This document shows positions 1-11,720 of a stretch of 64,000 bases of DNA, one piece after another. The stretch's first letter is position 1, and every line of letters starts with the position of its first letter. Source of the stretch: Alloascoidea hylecoeti (lineage: Eukaryota); contig BCKZ01000003.1 of NCBI GenBank assembly GCA_001600815.1, positions 438,581 to 502,580 on the forward strand. Reading direction: 5' to 3'. Position numbers and translations under genes: made by a program. The notes under the pieces were generated by a model. It saw only the letters and a list, made by a program, of their open reading frames with translations, did not search any database and was not told where the DNA came from.

Positions 1-83
1 GGGTCACAACATTGGGCGAGGTTCCTTTCCTTGACCCTAACTCTACAGGAAGAAGGGAAGCCCTTGGATTATCACTTGATTGA
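1..83 (+). CDS. 3' end of a TauD/JLP1-family dioxygenase paralog (5'-partial, runs off the window)
   Basis: From base 3 it reads VTTLGEVPFLDPNSTGRREALGLSLD*; 78 of 83 nt are identical to 3257-3339. Confidence 0.9.
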   Translation, partial: VTTLGEVPFLDPNSTGRREALGLSLD

Positions 84-2130
84 GGGATAAATATACATAA
101 TTCAATCTTTGATATAATCTTTTCTAATTCCATAAGTGGTTTAGGTCAAGTTTTAGTTCACAATTTAAAATTTAAAATTATGGCACATGGTATCGATACC
201 GTAGCAGAATGTAAGCTCGATAGTATGGCTATAATTTTATTCGATCTGGATTATGTATTTTGCACCCTGGAATATTAGTTGCTACCCATTAAAGGATTTA
301 ATCAATTAATGTATCTTTCTTTACACAGTGTTTTTACTTAATATCGGCCACTTGATGAACTTTAACTTCGTATTTCCTCCCTTTTTAAACTATCTAGTCA
401 ATGGATGTACTAATTCTCTACTCTGTTGATAGATATTTATCGATCATACATATGTGAAAGACTGAATAGACTGAATATTCGGCTATGTTTCGCAACTATT
501 ATACCACGTAATCTAAGTATAGGACAGTAGGCTTTCAGGGTTTTAATTATGTAAAATGTCATGTAATCCGTCCGTCCGTCCAAATTTCGGCGTGGACGAA
601 TAAAACAACAAAGAAGCGTATGGGTGTTAAGCTTGTTTTAAGCAATCTTTTGGGGACAAAAGTTACTCTATTTTATTTCAAGACTAGTTATGTAATTTTT
701 ATTACGCAACTTACTATGCAGGTATTATGTAATACCGAATCCGTCCAGAATTTTTAGCGTAGTATCTTCTGAACGAACAACCCTGATATACTATTGATAA
801 CACAGATTTATTGTTATCTAATTACCCTACCTTTAATTAGTTCTATATAGACTGTTAACCACATTTGTTTAACTATAATTTGTTTCTAATATATAATCAT
901 TATGACGTCATGTGATTTAATATTGGAATATTTAGTTCATCATATGGCCGATAAATACTTACTAATTCCCTGTATACTCCTTTATATCCATTTAATTTCA
1001 TATCTTTCTATAATATTTGGGTTTGTGACATGGATGAAAGCTTAAGTATAAAATGAGAAAAAGAAATAATAAAATATTATATTGTAAAATAAGACCTCAA
1101 AAATAGATTCATTTTCCATTATTCATTGAAAATGTCTTCTTTGTATAATCTAAATATTTCCTATTAATCAACAAATGAATACCGGTATATAATAATACTT
1201 ATATTTATAAACATACAATAAACATATTATACAACTTAGAAATTCATGCATTAGCATAAATTATGACAATTAAATTGAAGTGTTAATGTTACTATAAATA
1301 ATTGGTTATAAGCTAAATAAACTTGTGGGATGCATAGGAAAAGAATAAATCATAACAATAATAATATCTCCATTGAAAATTTTGAATACATCATATAAAT
1401 TAGAATTGAAATGAATAACTAGTTATACACATATTGTAAATACCGTTATTGGAGCCACAAATAAGAGGTCTGGCCTAGGGATCACTTTAATTGCAACTCA
1501 ATATCAGCTGCCACCTAGTATTTATGAAATGGAAATAGCACATCGATATCGTTATATCGGCGCGACTCATGATCAGAGATTCAAAGCACTTGTACTCAAA
1601 TGCACATAATGCCACATGTGCATAACTTTATCAAGACCTATATCAGAGAAATATAAAATCGATAACCTATAAGTTATTAATAATGATGTAAAATATCGCA
1701 ATTAATTGTAAACTAACCCCGCAAACCTCGATTAATATCAGATATTATTTATCCACAGAACCAATAAAAACTGCAGCATTATTGAGAAGCTTAATTATAT
1801 TCACTTCCAATCAATCTATTTCCACCATTTAAGAATTTATAGCTTAACCAGTTTTTGATAGCTATCTATAATTACTAATTACTAATTAATATTACTAATT
1901 GGATGATTTGATGATCTTCTATTCGATGATATCAATATCACCTCTCTTGATAAGTTTTTGCGTTAGTTTTTACCTTTATCACGTCAACATCAAGCACGTC
2001 ATTAACTTAATTGCGATATTTGTGATAACCCATATAAACGTTGATCTTTATAAGATGTGTAACTATATGATATAAGGCATACAAATTTCCCCATTTTAAA
2101 TATCAATTACAAGATTTTTAACCATAAAAA

Positions 2131-3339
2131 ATGTCACCAGTTCCATCAGAAGCTCTTCAAAATCTTTCAATTTCAAGTGGTCATGGTACTATTAACGTGG
2201 ATCCAGCTGCTAGAGTTAAGAAAATAGCAGGATCTAATTCATCATGGATTGAAAAACTTCCAGCTCCTACAAGAGCTAGATTTGAAAGATATAATGTTGA
2301 TTTATCTAAAGGTTATCCAATTGGTAAACAAGCAAGTGATATTCCAATTTATTTAGATGAAGCTTTAAAGATTCGATCAACACCTTTAGAAGTTGTCGAT
2401 AGAGGAACATTTGCAGATCCAGAAAAGAAAGCATTGTTTGGAGCAGCAAAAGAAGTTATTGATTTAACAAAACATATTGGAACTGAAATTGTTGGATTAC
2501 AATTATCAGAGCTTTCAAATAAACAATTGGATGAACTTGCTTTATTGATTGCCGAACGTACTGTTGTTTTTTTCCGAGATCAAGATTTATCACCACAAAA
2601 ACAGTTAGAAATAGGGAAATATTATGGTCCTGTTGAAATACATCCATCAGCCGCATATGTTCCTGATTTACCAGGAGTTGAACTTATTTGGCCTGAATAT
2701 ATTGCTAAAAATATAGAAAAACAAGCTTTCAAACAACTAATTAGTCCATGGCATACAGATCTAACTCAAGAAATCAATGCACCAGCAATTACTCATTTAC
2801 ATAACGATACAATTCCTTCTGTCGGAGGTGATACTTCATGGGCATCTGGATATGGAGCTTATGATAAATTATCTCCAGCATTTCAAAAGTTTTTAGAAGG
2901 CAAGAAAGCNGTTTNNAGATCTGCNCATNGTTATNTNGANAGGNATGATCCACTTTCTGGACCAAAACATATTGAAAGAGAACATTATCTTGTCCGTACA
3001 CATCCAGTCACAGGNTGGAAATCTTTATTTGTTAATAGAAAGTTTACAGTTAGAATTGTTGGATTGGAACCAGAAGAATCTCGAATAATCTTGAATTATT
3101 TANNTGATATTTACGAAAAANNNCTNGAAATTCAAGTCAGATTTAGATGGCAACCAACCAAGCCTGGACTTGGAACCTCCGCATTATGGGATAATCGAAT
3201 TTCTCAGCATGCTGCCATTTGGGATTATGAAAATGAAGAGCCTAGGCATGGAAATAGGGTCACAACATTGGGCGAGGTTCCTTTTCTTGACCCTAACTCT
3301 ACAGGAAGAAGGGAAGCTCTTGGGTTATCAATTGATTAA
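2131..3339 (+). CDS. JLP1: Alpha-ketoglutarate-dependent sulfonate/taurine dioxygenase (TauD family)
   Basis: 402-aa ORF with IGTEIVGLQL, the WHTD HxD iron motif, GGDTSWAS, HPVT and WDNR..QH..R motifs. Contains ambiguous n bases. The symbol is a family-level call. Confidence 0.9.
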   Translation: MSPVPSEALQNLSISSGHGTINVDPAARVKKIAGSNSSWIEKLPAPTRARFERYNVDLSKGYPIGKQASDIPIYLDEALKIRSTPLEVVDRGTFADPEKKALFGAAKEVIDLTKHIGTEIVGLQLSELSNKQLDELALLIAERTVVFFRDQDLSPQKQLEIGKYYGPVEIHPSAAYVPDLPGVELIWPEYIAKNIEKQAFKQLISPWHTDLTQEINAPAITHLHNDTIPSVGGDTSWASGYGAYDKLSPAFQKFLEGKKXVXRSXHXYXXRXDPLSGPKHIEREHYLVRTHPVTXWKSLFVNRKFTVRIVGLEPEESRIILNYLXDIYEKXXEIQVRFRWQPTKPGLGTSALWDNRISQHAAIWDYENEEPRHGNRVTTLGEVPFLDPNSTGRREALGLSID

Positions 3340-3856
3340 GTGATATATTATGTGATAAGCCTCTCGTATAGTTTTTCCGTTTCCTTTAATAAAAGAATAT
3401 TATAATATGCGGTAAGCTTAAGCTTCTTATTCATTTAAAATTCATTCATTTCTCATAATAAATTTTCGAGTTTTTCATTTAATTGAGTGATGAAATCTTA
3501 TAATATGTGCCAATATCTTCATAAGTTTCTCTCAGTTGTAATAAATCTTTAACCATTTTAGACTAGAAATTCGGAGATTTTACATCTACTTTTAATTATT
3601 ATAATATTGTGCGATAGCTGGAACACACGTACGAAACCTGCAATATTATGCAGGGACCATTGGTTGTCCTATAAATATTATAATTAATTTGCCAAATATG
3701 GCAATGTCTCTGTCAAAATAATATTTAAAAAATTACTTAAAAGAACCGAAAATATAAGAATGAAAAAATAAAATATCAAAAATAGACGTCAATATAAATA
3801 TCTCTCATTCTATATTTTTGTTTTTACTTTTATTCTTTTTCTCATTTTTATTCTGT

Positions 3857-5437
3857 ATGAGTTGGAAAGTAAGAGCTTCCAGATCATCTTTATTCAGTTT
3901 TCTATTTGATCTTGATAATGAAGAAAATCAACCATATATACGTATCGGCTACACTGTAACTGCAGATAAAGACCGTGATAAAGAGCTCAACAACACAACA
4001 GGCATTGCGCCCCTTGAGCTCGAAACTAGTACTTACAAGAATCAAAGCAACTCACCATCAACTGATAATAAACACGAATCATATGAAAACCACCACAAAA
4101 CAAGGAGTAGTATGATTGGTGATACTAGTAATATCAGATCACTTGTGACAAGTAATGCTAATTGTGGCACGGTTGTAACATCAACTGGTCGTCATCGTCA
4201 TTCACAAAAATTAAACTCACGTCCCAGCTCTTCATGTGTTAGATACATAGAGGCATCATCATGTGGGATGGATATTACTACAAAAGTTAATAGAGTTCAT
4301 CGGTGGGCTAATTCTTTGAAGTCAAACTCAATCTACACAAAACTTCGAAGTTTGAGATCTTCAAATCACTATAAAATTAGGAATAGATTATCAAAATTAT
4401 CAGACCCACAATCACAATCAGTTAGATCAAAGCTGAAATTTAAAACAAAGTCGAAATTAAGAACCTTTTTCAATAATGATGAATACAATGGAGATAGAAA
4501 TGATAATTTTAGATATACAAACAATATTTACGAAAATGGTAGGAATTCGTTGGAAATCGATTTAATTAACAATTGCAATCATAATTTTAATATCAATGAA
4601 ACTCCAATTATTAAAGAGCTCAATGAATCAAGTTATTTACTTCCAATAACTTATTCCGATGATAATATTTACAACTACAACAATATCAATGAAACATCAA
4701 GTATAGGTGAAAAGGAGAAAGATGGTGTTCATGTTCATTTTAATAATTCAAATTCAAATTCAGAAAATAGAAACGCTTCGGTCAAATTGGAATTAAATGA
4801 ACTTGATGAAAGTACCAAATTAACAACATTAGCTTCATTGTTACAACATAAACAAGCCGAATTCGAACTTAGTTGCAAGGACACATCCGAAATAGATCGA
4901 GATTCATCTGAAATAGTAATAAAATCTCCAAACAATTCTATCACAACAGTGAATTCCATGTCTTCATTTGGATCGAAATCTCCAAATTCTTCAATTTCAT
5001 CTATGTCAACACCATCTTCAAGTACAGATTCAGACTTACCCAATGAGGGAAATAATATCTTGTCATTTGAATGTAAATCACGACACAAAAAGAAGCTCAC
5101 CATTAATACAAATACAACCTTTCCAAGCAGCCATGCATACGAAGAATTTACAGTACAATCGGTTGCAGGCTTGAGTGAAACTCCAACGAATAAAAATGGT
5201 TATAAATATATCGATAAATATACAGCTGGAGATGACGATGAGGATGAAGATACAGTATTGAAAGGTATCGAAAAAGATAAAGTAACTAGAGCATGGAATA
5301 TGTACTTAAAAAGAACCTTTATTGCAAAAATTCAACAGAGATTAAGTGTGGATGCGGATAAAACCAAGTTTAGGTTGTATGAAGATGAGTTAGAGCGCGT
5401 TAACTATATTGAATATGATCTTAGATGTTGCAACTAG
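3857..5437 (+). CDS. Ser/Asn-rich protein of unknown function (possible AIM44 position by synteny only)
   Basis: Long ORF; first ATG at 3857 (the track start at 3818 is TTG). Mostly low complexity, with a helical C-terminal block RAWNMYLKRTFIAKIQQRL. Confidence 0.65.
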   Translation: MSWKVRASRSSLFSFLFDLDNEENQPYIRIGYTVTADKDRDKELNNTTGIAPLELETSTYKNQSNSPSTDNKHESYENHHKTRSSMIGDTSNIRSLVTSNANCGTVVTSTGRHRHSQKLNSRPSSSCVRYIEASSCGMDITTKVNRVHRWANSLKSNSIYTKLRSLRSSNHYKIRNRLSKLSDPQSQSVRSKLKFKTKSKLRTFFNNDEYNGDRNDNFRYTNNIYENGRNSLEIDLINNCNHNFNINETPIIKELNESSYLLPITYSDDNIYNYNNINETSSIGEKEKDGVHVHFNNSNSNSENRNASVKLELNELDESTKLTTLASLLQHKQAEFELSCKDTSEIDRDSSEIVIKSPNNSITTVNSMSSFGSKSPNSSISSMSTPSSSTDSDLPNEGNNILSFECKSRHKKKLTINTNTTFPSSHAYEEFTVQSVAGLSETPTNKNGYKYIDKYTAGDDDEDEDTVLKGIEKDKVTRAWNMYLKRTFIAKIQQRLSVDADKTKFRLYEDELERVNYIEYDLRCCN

Positions 5438-5719
5438 CATTGTATATACTATATATTATATACTTTTATGATTATTACTATTATTTAGTAGGCTCTGGAG
5501 GGCCTTATTAATATTAATATTAATGGAGCTCTCATAATTATAAAATAGGTTGAGGTTTGGAGAACACCGAGAACGGGCGAGATTGTGGACAACATCCGTG
5601 CACCCGCACGTTCCACTCCTCCAAATTTTATCACTTCTCATCTTTTTTTACCCTGTTTTTTCCCTTGTTTTATAGAAAACCCTATTTTTGCCTTACATTT
5701 TTCCCAGTGGATATAAATC

Positions 5720-6658
5720 ATGTTTTCCAATTTATCAACAGTTGCAAAGATTTCTTTGACATCATCTATTCGTTCGTCATCTCCATTTTTACTGAAATCT
5801 CTCACTACTTCAATATGTCCCCAGATTCTCCGATTTTCAAGTTCTTCTAGTAGTTCCGGACCAACGCCACCAATAACTAGAAACAAGCTTAAGAGGTCTA
5901 TTTCTGGTGTCAAATCTCCAAAGATCGCCGAATCACCATCAGAAGGTCCATTAGGATCAACAGAAAAAGAGGCTATGAATCTAGCCAATGACAGTGCACA
6001 GGAAGGTAATAATAGTAACCTTCAACAACAAAAGCTCAAGACAAATGATAAAATAAAACAAGAATCAAATGATTATTCTTGGTTACCAAAAGTCCCAGAA
6101 ACCGATTATATGAATAATTCTGAATTTTTAACACAATCATTATATTCTGGTTATAGGCCAGTTACAATTCAATCACCGAATATGAATAAACCTTCATCAT
6201 CATCAAACCGAGATTTATATAAAATTTCAATGTATAATTTAGATAATTCATACCCACAACCATCTCGTTGGTCAACATCTGCAACTGGTATTGAATCATA
6301 TCCAGAATGGAATAATGTTCCAAAAAAGATTGCAAATAACCTACGTCCATATAAATTATCGATACCAAAATATAAAATCGTTACATCAAATGAAGTAAAT
6401 AAACAAATGGAAGAAAGAGAAGCGGCTTCATTTTTTAATAATGAAGAAAACAATATCAACAATAATAATATTAAAGGCAGGAATAATTTTAATGAAACAA
6501 ATGGGGTTAGTTATAGAGGAAGATTTAGATTCACAAGAACAGTTGACAGTATTACTGGAAGGAAAAGAATACAATTACAACGAAGAAGAGTTTCAAATAC
6601 TATAAAACATAATAAACATAAAAATAAAAATGATCATGATCATGATCAAAATGAATAA
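5720..6658 (+). CDS. PET20: Mitochondrial Pet20/Sue1-family protein
   Basis: Ser/basic presequence-like N-terminus; motifs LPKVPETD, LYSGYRP and WSTSATGIESYPEWNNVP..LRPY typical of the family. Confidence 0.75.
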   Translation: MFSNLSTVAKISLTSSIRSSSPFLLKSLTTSICPQILRFSSSSSSSGPTPPITRNKLKRSISGVKSPKIAESPSEGPLGSTEKEAMNLANDSAQEGNNSNLQQQKLKTNDKIKQESNDYSWLPKVPETDYMNNSEFLTQSLYSGYRPVTIQSPNMNKPSSSSNRDLYKISMYNLDNSYPQPSRWSTSATGIESYPEWNNVPKKIANNLRPYKLSIPKYKIVTSNEVNKQMEEREAASFFNNEENNINNNNIKGRNNFNETNGVSYRGRFRFTRTVDSITGRKRIQLQRRRVSNTIKHNKHKNKNDHDHDQNE

Positions 6659-7172
6659 AGGAATCCAACACGATAAAACCGAACAAATTCAATAATATCA
6701 GACCAAATAAATAAACATATGAAAGGACCAAAGGAAAACGAAAGAAGATAGAAAGATCATTGTTTCTATGTTTATAAATATTAATGATTCTTTTAATTTT
6801 TATAGTTGATTTATTTGTTTTCTATATGATTTATTTATAACACACCACTTATATTAATTTTGTTTTTTGTCAAACACCAGTTTAAAAATGTCAATTTATC
6901 CCATTATTTGTTTGTTTGTATTTTGATATTAGATCAGATTAAGCGATTTATACTTGTTTACTCTCATATACATATTTATATTTATATTTATATTTATATC
7001 TATTTTTGTTTAAAAAGTGTAAATAGTAGGGTATAGAAAAAAATAAAAAATATAATTATGCTTAATAAGCATCATCACACATACACACACACACACACCA
7101 ACAACTATACACTTCTTCATACTTCGATATTCTTACATAGTAATCGCAACTAAGTCTTACAACAATAACAAA

Positions 7173-8297
7173 ATGTCGACGGATAATAATGAAGAGTCAT
7201 TTTTTTTCGAGCCATCAAAGAGAGTATTAACAAAAGAAGATCTTGCTAAGTTTATAGTTTCCTCGACCCATGAAGATATTATCAATTTCATCCAAGAACT
7301 TGCTGAATCAGTACGTGGTAAAGTAGTTTCCGCTCCAATTGAAACAACACCATTTATTGATTCATTATTATCAGTATTGGATAAAATAGATGATTATATT
7401 AAAGAATTTCCTGTTGTTGATGATACAACTTCAAATAAAAAAAATAGATTTGGAAAGCCTGAGTTTAAATTATTTTATGATAAAGTCGAAAATACAGCAC
7501 AAAAATTATTATTATCATTATCATTACCAAAAGAATCAATAATTGAATTGAAAACTTATCTTGTTGAATCATGGGGAAATAGAACTCGTATTGATTATGG
7601 ATCAGGTCATGAACTAAATTTTTTATCATTTTTATTATGTTTAAACAAATTAGGTAATTTATTTACAACAAATGATTATTCTGCTATTGTTTTACGAATT
7701 TTTGTTAAATATTTAAAAATAATGAGAACTTTACAGACTACTTATTGGTTAGAACCAGCTGGTTCACATGGTGTTTGGGGTCTAGATGATTATCAATTCT
7801 TACCTTTTTTATTTGGTGCATATCAATTATCAACCCATGAATATATGAGACCAAAATCAATTCATGATAATGAAGTTGTTGAAATGTTTAAAGATGATTA
7901 TTTATATTTTGGCTGCATATATTTTATAAATCAAACGAAAACAACTGCCTTATTAAGATGGCATTCTCCAATGTTGGATGATATATCTGGTGTCAGAACC
8001 TGGGAAAAAGTAAGTGAAGGTATGACTAAAATGTATAAAGCAGAAGTCTTAGCAAAATTACCAATTATTCAACATTTTTATTTTGGTTCTTTATTACCTG
8101 CACCTGAAGGAGTTTCACCCCTAAGGGATCATCAATTTGAAGTTGAAGATGATTGCGGCCATATTCATAATACTGAACAAATAACTGGAACATGGGGTGA
8201 TTGCTGTGGAATTCCGGTTCCAAGTTCTATTGGAGCTAGACAAGAAGAATCTAAACAGAAATTAAGAAAATTACCATTTCCATTACCATTTGATTAA
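7173..8297 (+). CDS. RRD2: Protein phosphatase 2A activator (PTPA)
   Basis: RIDYGSGHELNF, YWLEPAGSHGVWGLDDYQFLPF and HSPMLDDISG; the WGDCCGIPVPS tail fits Rrd2 rather than Rrd1. Confidence 0.92.
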   Translation: MSTDNNEESFFFEPSKRVLTKEDLAKFIVSSTHEDIINFIQELAESVRGKVVSAPIETTPFIDSLLSVLDKIDDYIKEFPVVDDTTSNKKNRFGKPEFKLFYDKVENTAQKLLLSLSLPKESIIELKTYLVESWGNRTRIDYGSGHELNFLSFLLCLNKLGNLFTTNDYSAIVLRIFVKYLKIMRTLQTTYWLEPAGSHGVWGLDDYQFLPFLFGAYQLSTHEYMRPKSIHDNEVVEMFKDDYLYFGCIYFINQTKTTALLRWHSPMLDDISGVRTWEKVSEGMTKMYKAEVLAKLPIIQHFYFGSLLPAPEGVSPLRDHQFEVEDDCGHIHNTEQITGTWGDCCGIPVPSSIGARQEESKQKLRKLPFPLPFD

Positions 8298-8378
8298 ATC
8301 AATTATTTAAAAATATACATTCATTAGTTAGTCTATATAGGTGATGTTTATCAAGGATTCTTCCTTTTTTTTAATGTA

Positions 8379-9829
8379 TTACCATCCAAATCTTAGTTGA
8401 GATGCTGTAAAAACAGGTGGTTTCCAAATCAATTTATCAGGATCAATCTTTTTCTTTTTCTTCATCTGCTGTTTATTGAACTGTTCCTGAACAGCTTCAG
8501 TTATACAAATAATATGTTGACCCTTATAATATTTTAAAATGTTTAATGTTTGAAGTGTGTGTAAAATATCAGTCGTAGTCATTGCAGTTGCAGATGATAT
8601 TTCTTCGATTGTTATATCACCTTTTTCATTATTCTCAACTACTAAATTCGTTATTGTTTCTGCCCAAAATGCTCTATAACTTAATAAACCCAAATCAGAC
8701 AATGGCTTTTCTGGAGAACCAACCTTACCTTCCTTTTTTGATAATTCGTAGGAAAATGCGATCAACAATTTACCAAATCCATGTCTTTGATATTGTGGTA
8801 ATGTTAAAATACAAGCAACATTATATGATTCAGCAGATTCCTTCTCTTTTGAAAAATAACCGACTAAATGGTGACCCATTTCATCCCTTACTGTCATACA
8901 ATAAAATAAAAATGGATCAACATCATAATATAATGTTTTATGATCCAAGAATAATTTCGATAATAAACATAAATTTCTGCACCAAACTCTTTGTTTCCTA
9001 CCATCGATTTCAAAAAATGATACATTTTCATCTCTATAAATTTCATTTCCTGGTGGATGTCTTAAAGTTGATTTTAATCTAAATCTTTCAAATTGTTTTT
9101 TCGATCCAAAGAATGATAAAGTATACTCACATATATAAATTGAATCCTCTTCTGTTAACTCGATTGGATATGGTGAAAAATACCAAGGTTCAATTATGTA
9201 CTTCCCCATTATAATTTGAGAGATATTTCGAACTCTTGCAGTTTCATGACTAAAATTTTGAGCCATACTACCACCTGTTCTTAATTTTTTGATTTCATCT
9301 TCACGACTAATTCCTTCTTTTGGTAAACCTTGTACATTTAAATTATCAAGATCCATTATATCACCAGTTGGTGTGTTTACTCTACTACTACTATTATTAG
9401 TATTTGGTGACGTTGATCTTATTCGAGAATTTCCTTTCTTGCCTTTTTTCTTCTCATTTTTGGCTTTTCCTCTGGCTGCTGCACCAGATAATTTCTTTGG
9501 TGGATCAGGCTTTGGAAAGTCAACTGGTCGTGTGAAATCAATCCGGGATGCTTCAACCCATTCATCCAATCGCTATTCAATTCTTAGTTAGCTATCCATT
9601 TATCAATAATTGATATAGTCTATTAGTATATAGAACATACCTTATTAAACTCAACATAATGAACATAAAAAACAATTTTCCCTTTCCTTAAATGCTGTGA
9701 TAAAATTTCAGCCTGTCTATACCTTGTGTCTTTTTCAACATAGCATTTACATCCTATGATAAGTTCCTCTGCACCAGAGATTATCCGTGTATAATCAGCT
9801 TGATTAATAGGGACTGGTGTTCCTGTCAT
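8379..9829 (-). CDS. ESA1: MYST histone acetyltransferase, NuA4 catalytic subunit; exons 9829-9641 and 9572-8379 (460 aa)
   Basis: Intron 9640-9573 (GTATGT...GCTAAC...TAG); splicing restores the chromodomain motif YVHYVEFNK|RLDEW. MYST motifs WYFSPYP, HPPGNEIYR and GSPEKPLSDLG present. Confidence 0.96.
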
Positions 9830-10210
9830 TAATAATACGGTTTTGTTCTGTTTTTGTGTTTTTCATTTCGATAAAACAACACAAAATCAAAAGGTGTATG
9901 GATGTAACAATATACCTTATTACCCTTCCGAAACAGTCTTGTAGCAGAATCTCTTTGATAACATATCAGAATGTATGAGTTAGTAAGTAATACTGAGAGC
10001 TCGGAAGAGAGGAGTAATTAATCAATTATAGTCACCGATGAATCTGCCAGAAGTTTTGAATCTTATAATTTTAGAAGTCTTATGTATATGGCATGTTTTG
10101 ATTTTCATTGCATTTGATCTTTGGTAAGCCGTATACTGCCGATTGTTCCCCCAACTAGTGACCAGTTATTTCATCAACTGACTAACGAATATTTATTGTA
10201 CATTCATGTT

Positions 10211-10282
10211 GCCTCCTTAGCTTAGTGGTAGAGCGTTGCACTTGTAATGCAAAGGTCGGCGGTTCAATTCCGCTAGGTGGCA
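10211..10282 (+). tRNA. tRNA-Thr (anticodon TGT), intronless
   Basis: Cloverleaf: GCCTCCT/AGGTGGC acceptor, GCTT/GAGC D stem, TTGCA-CTTGTAA-TGCAA anticodon arm, GGCGG-TTCAATT-CCGCT T arm; T-runs follow. Confidence 0.97.
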
Positions 10283-10901
10283 TTTCGTTTTATTTTTTCA
10301 ATCGTTGTGGTTGAATCTTTTGTGTCACTCAAAACCAGCAATTGCCGGTTATATTCTTGTGTACGCATTATAATTTCTTCAAGTTCCATATAATAGTACA
10401 GACAAGTTTATTTGCGTAAGAAGGATTCGTAGTGGGTATGGCTCAAGGAAATTGAATCACACACTGTTGAACAAAACGTTTGTTATAATAATTGGATTTA
10501 CATGTACTTCCTAATAACCCAAGGTATGAAGGAAAAAAAAGATTCAACTTTCAATTTTTACAAGTGCTTGATTAAGAATTTGAAGTAGGCTAGTTTCATT
10601 TTACACAAAACTTTACTAGAAGGCAATTAGATGGAAGGAAATATTTAATTTCTGTGTTGGCTATATTAAATTTTCAACCATATATCTACTCCATAATTTA
10701 TCTGTGCCCAATTGTTTATTGAACTTTTTTTATTATATAATCATAATCTATGCATATAAGAAAGTATTAATTAAGTATTACACCGAATAAACGTTAACAG
10801 TGTTTCAAATTTAGAAAACAAAAAGAACCAAAGAGTATACAACTACCCTGTCATAATATAGATATCATTAACAACTCATCAAAATTTATAACTTTGACGG
10901 T

Positions 10902-11720
10902 TTAAGCATTTTTGGAAAGGAAAAGCTTCTTATTAGACGGCATACCAATTGGATGAGGAACAAAATACGAATTCTGTGGATCTGCAACACCGGCATAGGC
11001 ATTATAGAATCCTAAGAAACCAGACAGAAGGCCAAATATAGCTGAAGCTTTTTGAACTTTAAGATTTTGAATAAAGACTGCAATTGTTAATAATAAAAAT
11101 AACATATCAACACATACGAAGAATAAAAAGAAAATCCATGTTGATTTTAATGTTGTCAGTGTGATTAAGAAAACAAAAAATGTCCAACCTAATAGATAAA
11201 ATCCCAAAGCATTATTAAATTCTTCAGTAGTGTCATAAGCATCTTGAATACCGAAAGAAGGTGTTAAAATAGCAGCATATGATAGCCAAAACCCACAGAA
11301 AGATCCAAGAACAGTAGCTCCGAAAGTATTATTACAAGCAAATTGCCACATAGAACAAGCAAACATAATAGCACCAGAATAAAAATACGCAAGTCCAACC
11401 ATAATATTAGGTGTTGTCACAGATCTAGCGTTGACATTGACCAAACATAATACAATAATAGTAATTGAGTATGAGCAAAGTCCCAAAGGAACAGAATTAC
11501 CAAACTGATAAGAAGATTTTTCTTGTAGACCAGGAACTAATGTACCTCCAAAAGCTTGTGCTAATTCATCTGTTCTGTATTTTTTATCCCCAAAATAAAT
11601 AAATTCATTGCTAGGACCTGATGTTTTAATATGCGAGAGTTCTAGGTCATCCCTGTTATCTGATTGATATTTGTCTGAAGCTTGACTAGAGGTTACTTGT
11701 CGCTCTAAATCTGCCTCCAT
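10902..11720 (-). CDS. ADY2: GPR1/FUN34/YaaH (ATO) acetate/ammonia transporter
   Basis: AFGGTL motif, NSVPLGL signature variant, NTFGATVLGSFCGFW and about six hydrophobic segments. The symbol is a family-level call. Confidence 0.85.
   Translation of the reverse strand: MEADLERQVTSSQASDKYQSDNRDDLELSHIKTSGPSNEFIYFGDKKYRTDELAQAFGGTLVPGLQEKSSYQFGNSVPLGLCSYSITIIVLCLVNVNARSVTTPNIMVGLAYFYSGAIMFACSMWQFACNNTFGATVLGSFCGFWLSYAAILTPSFGIQDAYDTTEEFNNALGFYLLGWTFFVFLITLTTLKSTWIFFLFFVCVDMLFLLLTIAVFIQNLKVQKASAIFGLLSGFLGFYNAYAGVADPQNSYFVPHPIGMPSNKKLFLSKNA

Noticed and set aside
536..785. Possible hAT MITE with CAGGGTT...AACCCTG ends and TCCG repeats
   Set aside because: Only 7 bp match exactly and the flanks (taggcttt / atatacta) give no TSD.
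4735..9591. Antisense and alternative-frame ORFs within real genes (also in YOR1, TSC1, IML1, the MFS gene and the RhoGAP)
   Set aside because: Shadow ORFs of the coding strand, often with non-ATG starts.
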